Shown in pieces: positions 18,092 to 27,085 of a stretch of DNA of 64,000 bases (positions are counted from its first letter, which is position 1; every line of letters begins with the position of its first letter). Origin of the DNA: Thermoanaerobaculia bacterium. GTDB taxonomy: Bacteria > Acidobacteriota > Thermoanaerobaculia > Multivoradales > Multivoraceae. Position numbers and translations under genes: made by a program. The notes below the pieces were generated by a model. The model made no database searches, was not told the origin of the DNA, and worked only from the letters and a program-made list of their open reading frames with translations. Location: contig OY761158.1 in NCBI GenBank assembly GCA_963664405.1, positions 6,112,001-6,176,000 on the forward strand, written 5' to 3'.

Positions 18092-20137
18092 TCATGGGGT
18101 ATACCAGATCGGCGAGGACCATGCACGCTCCTGCAGGGTGGGTGGAAGATCCTGACGCGGCTCGACGCCGGCCCGAATCGCATCCCAGGTCGACCAGCGA
18201 CAGCTTGGATTCTCCAGCACCCGCACGTGGTAGAAGGCCCGCTGGGCGGCGTCGAAATCCGGGTCGGTCCACAGAGCACGCAGCTCACTGGCGCCGACAT
18301 CTTCACCGAAGGTGCAATCGTCGAGGTTCACTTCGGCGCCGTTGTCGGGGCAGCGGTGGGTGCTCGAGCTCACCTCCAGGCCGTCGGAGCAGCCGACGTC
18401 GTAGACACGCTCGTGCGCCTCGCCGTCGGCCACCCAGCCCTTGACCACCTGTAGCCGCTGGAGTGGAGCGCTATTCGGGTCGCGTACGGCCCACGCTAGA
18501 AAGCGAGGTGCATGACCGGTTTCAGCCGGAAGATCGCCGCCCATCGCAACGCCACCGGCGTAGGCCACTTCGATCATGTTCGGATCTGCGACCAGCCCGT
18601 CCTCGAAGTCGTAGCCGGCGAAGAAGCGGATACGCATGCGCGGTCCAGAAGTGGCGAAGGTCTCTTTGCGCCGAAAGGCGTCATAGATCGATTCCCGCGT
18701 GTTCTCCTCCGCCCATACTCCGGCAAGGCCCGAGGCTCCCCAGTAGTGGTAGTAGTTGCTGGTGTACTCGGACCCGTCTTCGTTGGGGGCGTCGAGGGGC
18801 ACGGATCCGCGCTGCTCCGGTGTTGCGTCATTGCGGCCGACCTTGCTGAAGAAATTGTCTTCCTCCTGAGAGCCTGCGGCATTGTGGGAGTCGCTCGAGC
18901 CGATGAGGCCGAAGCGATAGGGGTTGAAGCCCTGCGCTTCTTCCATCTCCAGGCCGTTGAGATACGCCTCTCGCACATAGCTCCCCGAGGGTGTGCTCGG
19001 AGTCGTGGTGGCGATGATGTAGGGGAAGATCTCGAAATCCGCCCATTCGTCGTTGGGCGATAGGGCAGGATGAGTGTCGGAGGTACCTTTGACCTGGGTG
19101 ATCTCTACCAGGGGCTCATTGCGCATTCTTTGCTCGGCGTAGGCTGCGTCGAGAGGCTCACCCTCGAACTTCTCGAGCTCGAACATCTGGCCGTTCGACC
19201 CGTTCGAGTTGTGGGGGATGGCCAGCGCTTCCATCCCCGCCTCACGCTTGCCATCCATCCACGACCACAGAGCCTCCGGGTTCATCGAATCGAGGCGACT
19301 GAAGGGGATGTCGGGCACCGCACTGCCCCGAAAGATCACATTGCGATGGAGGTTCTGCCCTTCCGGGCTTCCCGTGTACTCGTATGCGATGAAGGTCGTG
19401 AACTTACCGGGGTCGTTGTGTCGCTCGGCGGAGGCGACGATCTCCCGCCAGGCCGAGCGAACGACCTCCTTGTCGAGCATGCCGGTGCGCTGGCCCAGGG
19501 TGTGACTCCTCATCTCAGTGAACGCCGTTCGACGTTCGTCGTCGGTGGTCGCCGAGTTGATCTGCTTGGCGAGAGGAGTCTTCGACACTTCCTGCTCGGG
19601 GTCGGACATCGCCTTGAGCATGCCAAGAAAGCTGGCGTGATCCGCGACGGCGTAGAAATCGAGGGGTGCCGACATCTGCACATCGAATCCTGCCGCATGC
19701 TGGATCGCCTCCCCTTTTGCATAGCGATAGGCGTCCTCGGGGCCGGAGCGCGTGCCGAAGATGAAGGCGTCATAGGAGAACACGGTGTGCACGTGCACGT
19801 CGCCGAAGTAGGCGTTGCGAAGGGGGTTCGGCGTCAGTGGGCCGTTTGCGGTGGACGCCAGAGCTTCGAGGGCCGGGTTGTCGATGCCCACTTCGCCGCC
19901 GGATCCGCCACAGCCAGCAATTGCGGAGGCGAGGAGAACGATGGCTAGACCAGCGTTTCCAAAGTTCGTGCTGCATAGCTCGAGGTCATTCTGTTCGCTG
20001 GCTAGGCGCGCTGACGCAGGCATATTGGGCAATATGTCGAGGAGGCGAAACGACGCCAGCGGGCAGAAGGGCCCGAGATATGTGCGCGAACTTTGGAAAC
20101 GCTGGTCTAGTGAGCTCAGTCGGGGGATGTGTTTCAT
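18092..20137 (-). CDS. DUF3604 lipoprotein (PHP-like) with in-frame 54-codon hairpin insertion in its signal peptide
   Basis: YFGDVHVHT, ADHA, AYEYT, NLHRNV, IPHNSNGSNG, KGTSDTHP, QERAWSSPIWY; ATG 20137 with GGAG RBS. Confidence 0.85.
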   Translation of the reverse strand: MKHIPRLSSLDQRFQSSRTYLGPFCPLASFRLLDILPNMPASARLASEQNDLELCSTNFGNAGLAIVLLASAIAGCGGSGGEVGIDNPALEALASTANGPLTPNPLRNAYFGDVHVHTVFSYDAFIFGTRSGPEDAYRYAKGEAIQHAAGFDVQMSAPLDFYAVADHASFLGMLKAMSDPEQEVSKTPLAKQINSATTDDERRTAFTEMRSHTLGQRTGMLDKEVVRSAWREIVASAERHNDPGKFTTFIAYEYTGSPEGQNLHRNVIFRGSAVPDIPFSRLDSMNPEALWSWMDGKREAGMEALAIPHNSNGSNGQMFELEKFEGEPLDAAYAEQRMRNEPLVEITQVKGTSDTHPALSPNDEWADFEIFPYIIATTTPSTPSGSYVREAYLNGLEMEEAQGFNPYRFGLIGSSDSHNAAGSQEEDNFFSKVGRNDATPEQRGSVPLDAPNEDGSEYTSNYYHYWGASGLAGVWAEENTRESIYDAFRRKETFATSGPRMRIRFFAGYDFEDGLVADPNMIEVAYAGGVAMGGDLPAETGHAPRFLAWAVRDPNSAPLQRLQVVKGWVADGEAHERVYDVGCSDGLEVSSSTHRCPDNGAEVNLDDCTFGEDVGASELRALWTDPDFDAAQRAFYHVRVLENPSCRWSTWDAIRAGVEPRQDLPPTLQERAWSSPIWYTP
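19945..20110 (+). mobile_element. CTAG-bounded hairpin element, copy 3 (166 bp), MITE/RPE-like
   Basis: Perfect 24-bp terminal inverted repeat CTAGACCAGCGTTTCCAAAGTTCG; core GACGCAG-GCATATT-gggc-AATATGT-CGAGGA; precise removal restores a canonical signal peptide. Confidence 0.85.
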
Positions 20138-20371
20138 CTCGATCACTCCAGGAAAGTAGCTGAGTCGTACGAGTAACGGAGGGGACTCACGATCCTACAC
20201 CCGCTGTCGGGTGGTCTTTGTCGACGGCTGCGCTGCGGTACTCTCTCGGTTCCTAGAAGGTCAGGAATCGAACCAGGGGTGCCCGACCAGGGGCGCTGGA
20301 CCAGGAGTGCCCCTACCCTTGGCGAATCGGAGGCGAGTGATGGCAGTGAAGAAGAAAAGAGCAAGTCCGTA

Positions 20372-21433
20372 GTGCGAAGGAAGAAAGTCGTGGTGCAGCT
20401 TCCCGGGATCGCCCGCATCGCGTCGGGGTCGCTCGCGAGTCGCTACAAGCATGAACTGGAAGCCTTGCGTCCGGCCGGTGTCCGCCTCGTCGAAGTGCAG
20501 GCGAGCACCGAGGACGAGCTGATCGAAGGCTCGCGCGATGCCGATGCGCTGATCACCTCCTGGGGAATCAAGATCTCAAAGCGCGTGATCGCCGGGCTCG
20601 ATCGTTGTGTCGTAATCGGAGTCGGCAGCGTCGGGGTCGACATGGTCGACATCGCGGCGGCCACCGAGGCCGGTATCGTGGTCACCAACGTACCGGATGT
20701 GTTCATCGAGGAAGTTGCCGATCACGCAATGATGATGCTTCTGGCCTCGGCGCGGCGAGCACGTGAGATGGACGCCCTGGCGCGCGAGCAGAGGTGGTTC
20801 GAGGGGCGCCCACTGCTCAACGAAACCCCGCGCCTGTGGGGGCAGACGCTCGGCTTGGTCGCTTTCGGCAACGTAGCTCGAGCGGTGGCGCGGCGTGCCA
20901 AGCCGTTCGGATTCAAGGTAATTGCCGCCGACCCTTATGTGACCGAGCTGAAGATGACCGGCGAAGGCGTCGAGCCGGTGGATCTGAACGAGCTACTCGA
21001 GCGCTCCGACTACATCTCTGTTCACGCACCGCTGAACAATGAGACCCGCCACCTGCTTTCGACCGCCCAATTCAAGAAGATGAAGAAGACGGCGATCGTG
21101 GTCAACACCTCCCGCGGGCCGGTGATCGATGAGACGGCACTGATCAAGGCCCTGCGCCAAGGCGAGATCGCCGGCGCCGGGCTCGACGTGCTGGAGAAAG
21201 AGCCGCCCAATCCCAGGAATCCGCTGCTCAAGATGCCGAACGTTCTGCTCTCGCCTCACATCGCCTCGGCATCGACGAGGATGCGCCCCCAGACTCGCCG
21301 CCGGGTCGGCTACGAGGTGGCGCTCGCTCTGGGTGGACGTTGGCCGATGAGCTGTGTGAACCCCACGGTGTTGCCGCGTGCCTCCCTCGAGCGCTGGCAG
21401 CCGGTACCGATGGAGCGTGGACCGAATCGGTAG
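20372..21433 (+). CDS. CtBP-like D-2-hydroxyacid dehydrogenase
   Basis: VTNVPD, EEVADH, GLVAFGNVA, NTSRG, GLDV, SPHIA; GTG 20372 chosen by alignment with the paralog at 1-666. Confidence 0.85.
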   Translation: MRRKKVVVQLPGIARIASGSLASRYKHELEALRPAGVRLVEVQASTEDELIEGSRDADALITSWGIKISKRVIAGLDRCVVIGVGSVGVDMVDIAAATEAGIVVTNVPDVFIEEVADHAMMMLLASARRAREMDALAREQRWFEGRPLLNETPRLWGQTLGLVAFGNVARAVARRAKPFGFKVIAADPYVTELKMTGEGVEPVDLNELLERSDYISVHAPLNNETRHLLSTAQFKKMKKTAIVVNTSRGPVIDETALIKALRQGEIAGAGLDVLEKEPPNPRNPLLKMPNVLLSPHIASASTRMRPQTRRRVGYEVALALGGRWPMSCVNPTVLPRASLERWQPVPMERGPNR

Positions 21434-21460
21434 GGTCAGCTGAGGGCCAGGCGTCCCGAA

Positions 21461-22204
21461 TCAGCCCGCCAGGCGCATCAGATAGAACACGTAGCCATAC
21501 GATCCTTCGCGGGCACGAAACAAATCGATCTCACCTTGGGTTTGATCGAGCACCGCAAGCGCCGCAGGTTCTGTGGTGCGTGGCCTGCGCTCCAGGATTC
21601 TCCTTTCAAGCTCGCCGTAGTAGCCGCTCCACCAATCCTCCTCCGGTAGCACGAAGCCCCTGATGGCGTGGAAGCCTGCGGCGACAGTACGACGGCGATT
21701 CTCATCGAGCGTGCCCATACCGGGGTAGGCGGCGCTCCAGAAGTCGACTGCCGGGGCCGGCGGAGAATGGGTCAGCCAGGTCAGCTCGGTCACCGCGACG
21801 ACGCCATCATCCCGAAGCAGCGGTCGCCAAGCCTCGAGGCCTGCCTGAAAGCCCATGTTGTAGATCGCCCCCTCCGACCAGATGAGATCGAAGGATCTCT
21901 CAGCAAAGTCGAGGTCGGCCATGGATTTGCACCGAGTGTCGATCTGCTGGTCGACGCCCTCGGCCGCTGCTTGCGCCCGCAGCTGCTCGAGGAGCTCTTC
22001 GAGCAAGTCGACGGCAACGATGGTGCCACCCGTCTGTCGTGCGAGAGCGAGGGTCTGCCGTCCGCTGCCGCACCCGACGTCGAGGATGCGGGGCGTGGTT
22101 CCGAGCTCTGGAAGAAAGGCGAGAGCTCTCGAGGTGGAGGCATCACTACCAGGGCCCTGCTGTGGCAGTCCCCGGAACAGGTCGGGTAGGAGGCCGCCTG
22201 GCAT
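21461..22204 (-). CDS. Class I SAM-dependent methyltransferase
   Basis: QGPGS, ILDVGCGSG, FDLIWSEGAIY, YGYVFY. Confidence 0.85.
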   Translation of the reverse strand: MPGGLLPDLFRGLPQQGPGSDASTSRALAFLPELGTTPRILDVGCGSGRQTLALARQTGGTIVAVDLLEELLEQLRAQAAAEGVDQQIDTRCKSMADLDFAERSFDLIWSEGAIYNMGFQAGLEAWRPLLRDDGVVAVTELTWLTHSPPAPAVDFWSAAYPGMGTLDENRRRTVAAGFHAIRGFVLPEEDWWSGYYGELERRILERRPRTTEPAALAVLDQTQGEIDLFRAREGSYGYVFYLMRLAG

Positions 22205-22223
22205 CGATACAGACCGACTGCGA

Positions 22224-24788
22224 CTACTGAGAGGAGTAGCCACCGACCCAGGTCGGGCTCGACCAGGCGCTGGCATCGTTCAGCTGTCGTACCCGAACGT
22301 AGTAGTAGTCGCCTTCGCGTGGCTCGTCGGTGTCGGTGTAGTTGAATTCGATATCACGCTCGCCGTCAGCGATGTGGCGGACGGTAATGCTGTCATCCGG
22401 ATAGCCTTCGATCGGCATCTTGCGCTCGAGTCGGCCGCGACGGAGGTCGCCGAGGGCCAGCCGTACGCGCCCGCCCTCGATGGTGGCTCGTTCGCGGAAG
22501 AAGGGCGGCGCTGAACCCGTTTCGGCGGCGTCTTCGAGATCGAGGACGAGTGCCGCCCCCGGTTGCACATTCGACAGGGCTAGCCTCAGGGAGCTCATCT
22601 CGCCGCGGGTATTGGTCGCGAAACGTGCGCCCCGCTCGTGGGGCTCGAGCCGCTGGGTGGTGGGGTTGGTGAAGTCGGTGGCGCTGACTGCGTCCACCCG
22701 TGCGCCGGAGACGGTGAGGTCGCCGATCCAGTGCCGCCAGCCTCGCGGCGCGTCGCCGGCGTGGAGCGGGGTCGGGTCGGAATAGAACGAGAGCAGAAGC
22801 TCCATCGACCCTCCGCGGCTTGCCTGGGCCGAAGAATACTCGCGCTCCCAGATCTGCTCGCCGTTCTTCATCAGATGGATCGACTCGATCGGGGCGGTAC
22901 CGATGACCCGGCCGCGGATCTCCCTGGTCTCGGAAAAGGGGGCTCGCTGACCCATTTCGACCCCGTTCACCTTGACGTCGAGGATCATCCGGTCGCCGGT
23001 GGTGGCGTAGGTACGCCGCTCTTTCATGGCGTCGAAGATCGCGTCCCGCGACCGCTCCGGGGCCATCACCGCTCCCAAGCCGCCCCGTTGCGCCAGCGAG
23101 TTGCGATTCGGTCCCGAGTAGCCGGGGTGTGACAGGTGGTCGTCGGAGGCCGCGGTCACTCCGACCAGCTGGCCGTGGGCCAGATACGCCTTGATGAACC
23201 ACTCGAAGGAGCCGTGCATCGACATCATCTCGACAAGGGACTCGAGCTTGACGTCCGACTGTCGATAGTCGCCAGGGTTGTGAGCGTGGGGGATGGTCAG
23301 TACGTCGGCCGGGTCGTAGCGCTCTTTCAGCTCCTGGTAGAGCTGCGACAAGCCAGGGTACTCGAGACCTGAGACTCGCTCCTGGTCGCCGATAGTGCGG
23401 AAGAGCACATTGTGATGGCCGCCGTAACGAGCGGCACGGGTCCACTCCCACCCCAGATAGGGAATGAATCGCCCAGGCTCATCGAACTCCGCGCTGGTTT
23501 TTCGCATCAGCTCCCACTCGCCGTCGTCGAGCGAGCTGTCGTGCTCGGAATGGGTGACGTAGTCGAGGCGGGCGTCATCGCGGGCGAATTCCAGGAAGAA
23601 ATTGACCGCGCCGATCCCTTCCGCATAGCCGGAGTGCCCGTGGGTGTCGCCCCAGTAGATGCGGCGCTCAGGGTTCTCGACCACCAGAATCGGGTTCGCC
23701 TCGCCGGTGATCGAACCGTCTTGGGAGCGCAGAGTGATCCAGTGGGGCCCGACCTCGTCGAGGGCCATGTTGACGAGAGTGATCGCCTGGTCGCCGGCCG
23801 GAGTGGAGGAGTGGAGCTCGCCGTTGACGAGGATGTCGAAGGCGGGAATGTCGCCGGTGGCGCGGTTGAAGAAAGCGTCTTCAGCGCGTACCGAGAGCTC
23901 GAACGATTCACCAGGGGTCACGAGGCTCGGCGCGAAACCATGGACTCCGGAAGCATGGGTGCCGGTGACGACAAAGGGCAAGAGAGGCAAGGGTCGCCAT
24001 TCGCTCGAGCCGTCCAAGTCGACATAGAGAGGAAATGGCATGCGACCGCCCGAGGTCGAGGTCATCAGCAGTCCCTCGCCGCCGCCGCTGGTATCGCCGA
24101 TGGTGATGGTGACGGTTTCGCCGGGGTCGAGCTCACCTACCGTCACTCGGAAAGCAATCGCGGGCACGGGGGCCCGGAATCCGCCATGGGGGCCCGAGGC
24201 CATGAACCCCTCCTCGAGCTCCAAGTTGACATCGTCGTCGCTGGTCGCGATCGAGACGTAGCCGGCACCGGTCGGATCGGCGGTCTGGTAGGGCGCGGAG
24301 TTGACATTGAAGTGCCGAGCGACCCAGAAGCCGCCGCCGGTTTGAACCGGATGAGTGCCGACCGTCCAGATCTGCTTCAAGGTGGCATAGGTCCGTGCTT
24401 CGAAGGGTCCCAACGACTCGGCTCTGAGCTCGCCGAGCGCGCCCTCTTCCTCACGCAGAGTGAACTCCCTCACCAGTTGGTCGACGGTGGCCGCAGCGGC
24501 TAGGGCGGCCTGGCCCTGGGGTGGGATGGTCGCGTAGAGCCGCACTCCAGGCCCACCGAGACCGACCTCGCCGCCTGCCAGTGCGTAAGCGTCGACCCAA
24601 TCGGCAAGAACAATTGACCGCTCGCCGAGAGTGCTTGCGTCGGTCGGGCTTGCGCTGACGTCCGCTTTCAGTTTCTCGATCGCGGCGCGCAGTCCACTAT
24701 CGGTAGTTTGCTGCGCGTGCTCGCCGGTTCCAGACCCACAGCCGCCCGCCAGGAGACCGATGAGACAGATTGTGTTCAACACTCTCAT
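22224..24788 (-). CDS. DUF3604/PHP-like metallohydrolase lipoprotein (long subtype, paralog of 964-3519)
   Basis: MRVLNTICLIGLLAGGC lipobox; YWGDTHGH, SEHD, GHHNV, IPHAH, ASDDH, AWSSP. Confidence 0.8.
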   Translation of the reverse strand: MRVLNTICLIGLLAGGCGSGTGEHAQQTTDSGLRAAIEKLKADVSASPTDASTLGERSIVLADWVDAYALAGGEVGLGGPGVRLYATIPPQGQAALAAAATVDQLVREFTLREEEGALGELRAESLGPFEARTYATLKQIWTVGTHPVQTGGGFWVARHFNVNSAPYQTADPTGAGYVSIATSDDDVNLELEEGFMASGPHGGFRAPVPAIAFRVTVGELDPGETVTITIGDTSGGGEGLLMTSTSGGRMPFPLYVDLDGSSEWRPLPLLPFVVTGTHASGVHGFAPSLVTPGESFELSVRAEDAFFNRATGDIPAFDILVNGELHSSTPAGDQAITLVNMALDEVGPHWITLRSQDGSITGEANPILVVENPERRIYWGDTHGHSGYAEGIGAVNFFLEFARDDARLDYVTHSEHDSSLDDGEWELMRKTSAEFDEPGRFIPYLGWEWTRAARYGGHHNVLFRTIGDQERVSGLEYPGLSQLYQELKERYDPADVLTIPHAHNPGDYRQSDVKLESLVEMMSMHGSFEWFIKAYLAHGQLVGVTAASDDHLSHPGYSGPNRNSLAQRGGLGAVMAPERSRDAIFDAMKERRTYATTGDRMILDVKVNGVEMGQRAPFSETREIRGRVIGTAPIESIHLMKNGEQIWEREYSSAQASRGGSMELLLSFYSDPTPLHAGDAPRGWRHWIGDLTVSGARVDAVSATDFTNPTTQRLEPHERGARFATNTRGEMSSLRLALSNVQPGAALVLDLEDAAETGSAPPFFRERATIEGGRVRLALGDLRRGRLERKMPIEGYPDDSITVRHIADGERDIEFNYTDTDEPREGDYYYVRVRQLNDASAWSSPTWVGGYSSQ

Positions 24789-24819
24789 TCTAGATACCCC
24801 CTCGTTTCGACGCCCGGCT

Positions 24820-25203
24820 CCAATACTCGCAGAATTGGTCTGCGCCGTTGCCCGAGGCGAATAGGAAGCAACGCCGGAGTGCGCCCTCCTCGTCGCCAAT
24901 ACTTACAGATTCGGTCTGCGCCGTGGTCCGAAGCGAATAAGAAGCAACGCCCAAGTTCGCCCTCCTCGGCTCCAATGCTCACAGATTCGGTCTGCGCCGT
25001 TGCCCGAAGCGAATAAGAAGCAACGCCCAAGTGCGCCGTCCTCGTCGCCAATACTTACAGATTCGATCTGCGCCGTTGCCCGAAGCGAATAAGAAGCAAC
25101 GCCCAAGTGCGCCGTCCTCGTCGCCAATACTTACAGATTCGATCTGCGCCGTTGCCCGGAGCGAATAGGAAGCAACGCCCGAGCGCGCCGTCCTCGGCGC
25201 CAA
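24820..25203. repeat. Tandem array of five 76-bp units
   Basis: CCAA at 24820, 24896, 24972, 25048, 25124, 25200 (exact 76 period); units near-identical, with GCGCCGTCCTCG(T/G)CGC and CGTTGC..GCAACG hairpins. Confidence 0.95.
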
Positions 25204-25210
25204 AGAGCAA

Positions 25211-25250
25211 TTAGCTGGGGGAAATGATATCCATCATTTTCTCCGGCTAA
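25211..25250 (+). repeat. 40-bp TTAG..CTAA hairpin (GGAAATGAT family)
   Basis: TTAGCTGGGGGAAATGAT-atcc-ATCATTTTCTCCGGCTAA; homologous to 57599-57638. Confidence 0.75.
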
Positions 25251-26713
25251 ATGAACCACTTGATGTGGTCGCCGTTGTAGTCGGTCTCGACACTTCGCAC
25301 TCCCCTGGGCTGCTTCGGCGCCATCTCTTCGCCCCAGCGATCGAAGGCTTTCTTCATCTTGGTGACGAGATCCGGGTGCTTGGCCGCCATATCCTTCGAT
25401 TCGCCCGGATCTCGCTCGACGTTGTAGAGGCGCTCGAGATCGGACCCGATCATGAGCAGCTTCCATTCTCCGTAGCGTACAGCGGCGTTGGGCCCGGAGC
25501 GCCAAAACAGGTACTCGTGAGGTGCCCCCTGTTTCTCTCCCGTGAGGTAGGGAATCAGATTGACTCCGTCGAGTCGGTACTGCGCGGCGTCTTCCTCGCC
25601 GGCGACGGCCAGCGCTGTCGGGAAGAAATCGAGCGAGCTGACGGGGTGTCGGTATACCTCGCCCGCGGGGATCCGACCCTTCCACTGCACCAGATACGGA
25701 ACCCGGGTGCCGCCGTCGTAAAGATTGCGCTTGTGCCCGATCAGAGGCCGATTGTGCACCCGCTCGACATCGTTGCCCTCGGTGGCGCCGTTGTCGCTGG
25801 CGAAGATCACCAGAGTCTTCTCTTCCAGGCCCTCCTCCCGAAGCTTGGCGAGAACGGCGCCGACGGCATCGTCGAGCGCGCTCACCATCCCTGCATAGAT
25901 GCGCCGTGTTTCGTTCTCATGTTGGGGGAAGCGCTGGTAGTACTCGTCAGTGACTTGCATGGGGGAGTGCGGGGCGTTGAAGGCGAGGTAGAGAAAGAAG
26001 GGTCGATCTTTGTTTCGCTCGATGAACCCAACGCCTTCATTACCCAGGTGATCGGTCAGGTATTCCTCCAGCGGCACAATCTCACGCCCGCGGTACAAGC
26101 CGAGCATCCGATCGGGGTTTTCTCTCAGCCCCGCTATGCCGGGGATGCCTCCTTGCGAGATCTTGGGCTCGTCGACCGAGAGGTAGTGGGCACCGGGCCA
26201 CTTCGGGTCCAGATAGTTCATCCCTGCCGACATACCTACAAAGTAGTCGAACCCGCGATCGAGCGGATGGAGGAGCTCTCTCATCCCCAACTGCCACTTG
26301 CCGATCGCGGCGTTGGCGTAACCGACTTTCTTGAGAGCGTTGGCGATGGTCGTGTGCCCGATGCCGAGGGTTCCCCTTGCCGCCCCGATCGGCGGATTCA
26401 CCCCCGAATTGAGCTCCTTTCCCCAGCGCTGCTGATAGCGGCCGGTCATCAGGCCGTTGCGGGAGGGATTGCATACGGGTGCTGTCATATAGCCGGAGGT
26501 GAAGCGGATCCCATTGCGCCCAATCGAGTCGATGTGGGGTGTCGGAATGTCACTTCCATAGGAAGAGACGCTGCCGTAGCCGAGGTCGTCCGCAAAGAGG
26601 ATGACGATGTTGGCCTGGTCGCCTTGGGCGGCGCCGGCGGCGAGGCCCAGCAGGGCGAAGAGCGAGAGGGCGGTGGCCGTACGGAGCGCCGCGTCCAACC
26701 GTTTGTCTGGCAT
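25247..26713 (-). CDS. Sulfatase (arylsulfatase/GALNS-like), secreted
   Basis: ADDLGYG, CNPSR, GKWQLG, FNAPH, SDNG; start set at MPDKRL. Confidence 0.9.
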   Translation of the reverse strand: MPDKRLDAALRTATALSLFALLGLAAGAAQGDQANIVILFADDLGYGSVSSYGSDIPTPHIDSIGRNGIRFTSGYMTAPVCNPSRNGLMTGRYQQRWGKELNSGVNPPIGAARGTLGIGHTTIANALKKVGYANAAIGKWQLGMRELLHPLDRGFDYFVGMSAGMNYLDPKWPGAHYLSVDEPKISQGGIPGIAGLRENPDRMLGLYRGREIVPLEEYLTDHLGNEGVGFIERNKDRPFFLYLAFNAPHSPMQVTDEYYQRFPQHENETRRIYAGMVSALDDAVGAVLAKLREEGLEEKTLVIFASDNGATEGNDVERVHNRPLIGHKRNLYDGGTRVPYLVQWKGRIPAGEVYRHPVSSLDFFPTALAVAGEEDAAQYRLDGVNLIPYLTGEKQGAPHEYLFWRSGPNAAVRYGEWKLLMIGSDLERLYNVERDPGESKDMAAKHPDLVTKMKKAFDRWGEEMAPKQPRGVRSVETDYNGDHIKWFI

Positions 26714-26831
26714 GGTCAAGTGATCGTACCAGCACTGGCAGTTGATCGTTATCCCTACCTCCCCCCTTGCATGTCGTCGAGGCCTACGGGTGTAGTGCGC
26801 TGGGTCCATCGCTCCCGAGGAGAGGCGCTAA

Positions 26832-27083
26832 GATGCCGACGACACCGTTCGGGTGAACGGTTCGGCGACAGTGGTGAGTAAGGACACTCTGGAGGAGCGG
26901 GGAGCGATGCTCGCGGTGTACCAGCCTGACGAAAAGGCAAAGAATCTTCAGGGTCTGTTGATCCGAGTCGATGAGGTCTACACTCATTGCCCGCGTTCAT
27001 TGAAGTTCGGAGGCCTCTGGGATACCGAGGAGATCGAGCGCAACCAGAAGACTCGGCCCCTTCCCGCCCGAGAGGTGAGCTGA
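26832..27083 (+). pseudogene. C-terminal remnant of pyridoxamine 5'-phosphate oxidase-like FMN-binding protein
   Basis: DTVRVNGSA...VDEVYTHCPRSLKFGGLWD; in-frame TAA just upstream, N-terminal half absent. Confidence 0.6.
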
Positions 27084-27085
27084 CC

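Noticed and set aside
16858-18444. Long alternative ORFs (also 25265-26881, 48627-50072, 2407-3528, 46255-47484, 42519-43703)
   Set aside because: Antisense or off-frame shadows of well-supported genes in high-GC DNA; no motifs.
8884-20110. Hairpin elements as integron attC sites
   Set aside because: No RYYYAAC/GTTRRRY boxes at the ends, no integrase, mixed orientations, and one copy is intragenic.
24820-25203. CRISPR array
   Set aside because: Whole units repeat, there are no unique spacers, and no cas genes are in the window.
24820-25203. tRNA array (76-nt units that can be phased to end in CCA)
   Set aside because: No acceptor-stem pairing, no correctly placed GTTCRA T-loop or D-loop; no cloverleaf.
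24785-25203. Family of small repeated peptides (MATRTAHLGVASYSLRATAQ...)
   Set aside because: By-product of the 76-bp repeat read in rotating frames; no RBS, period not a multiple of 3.
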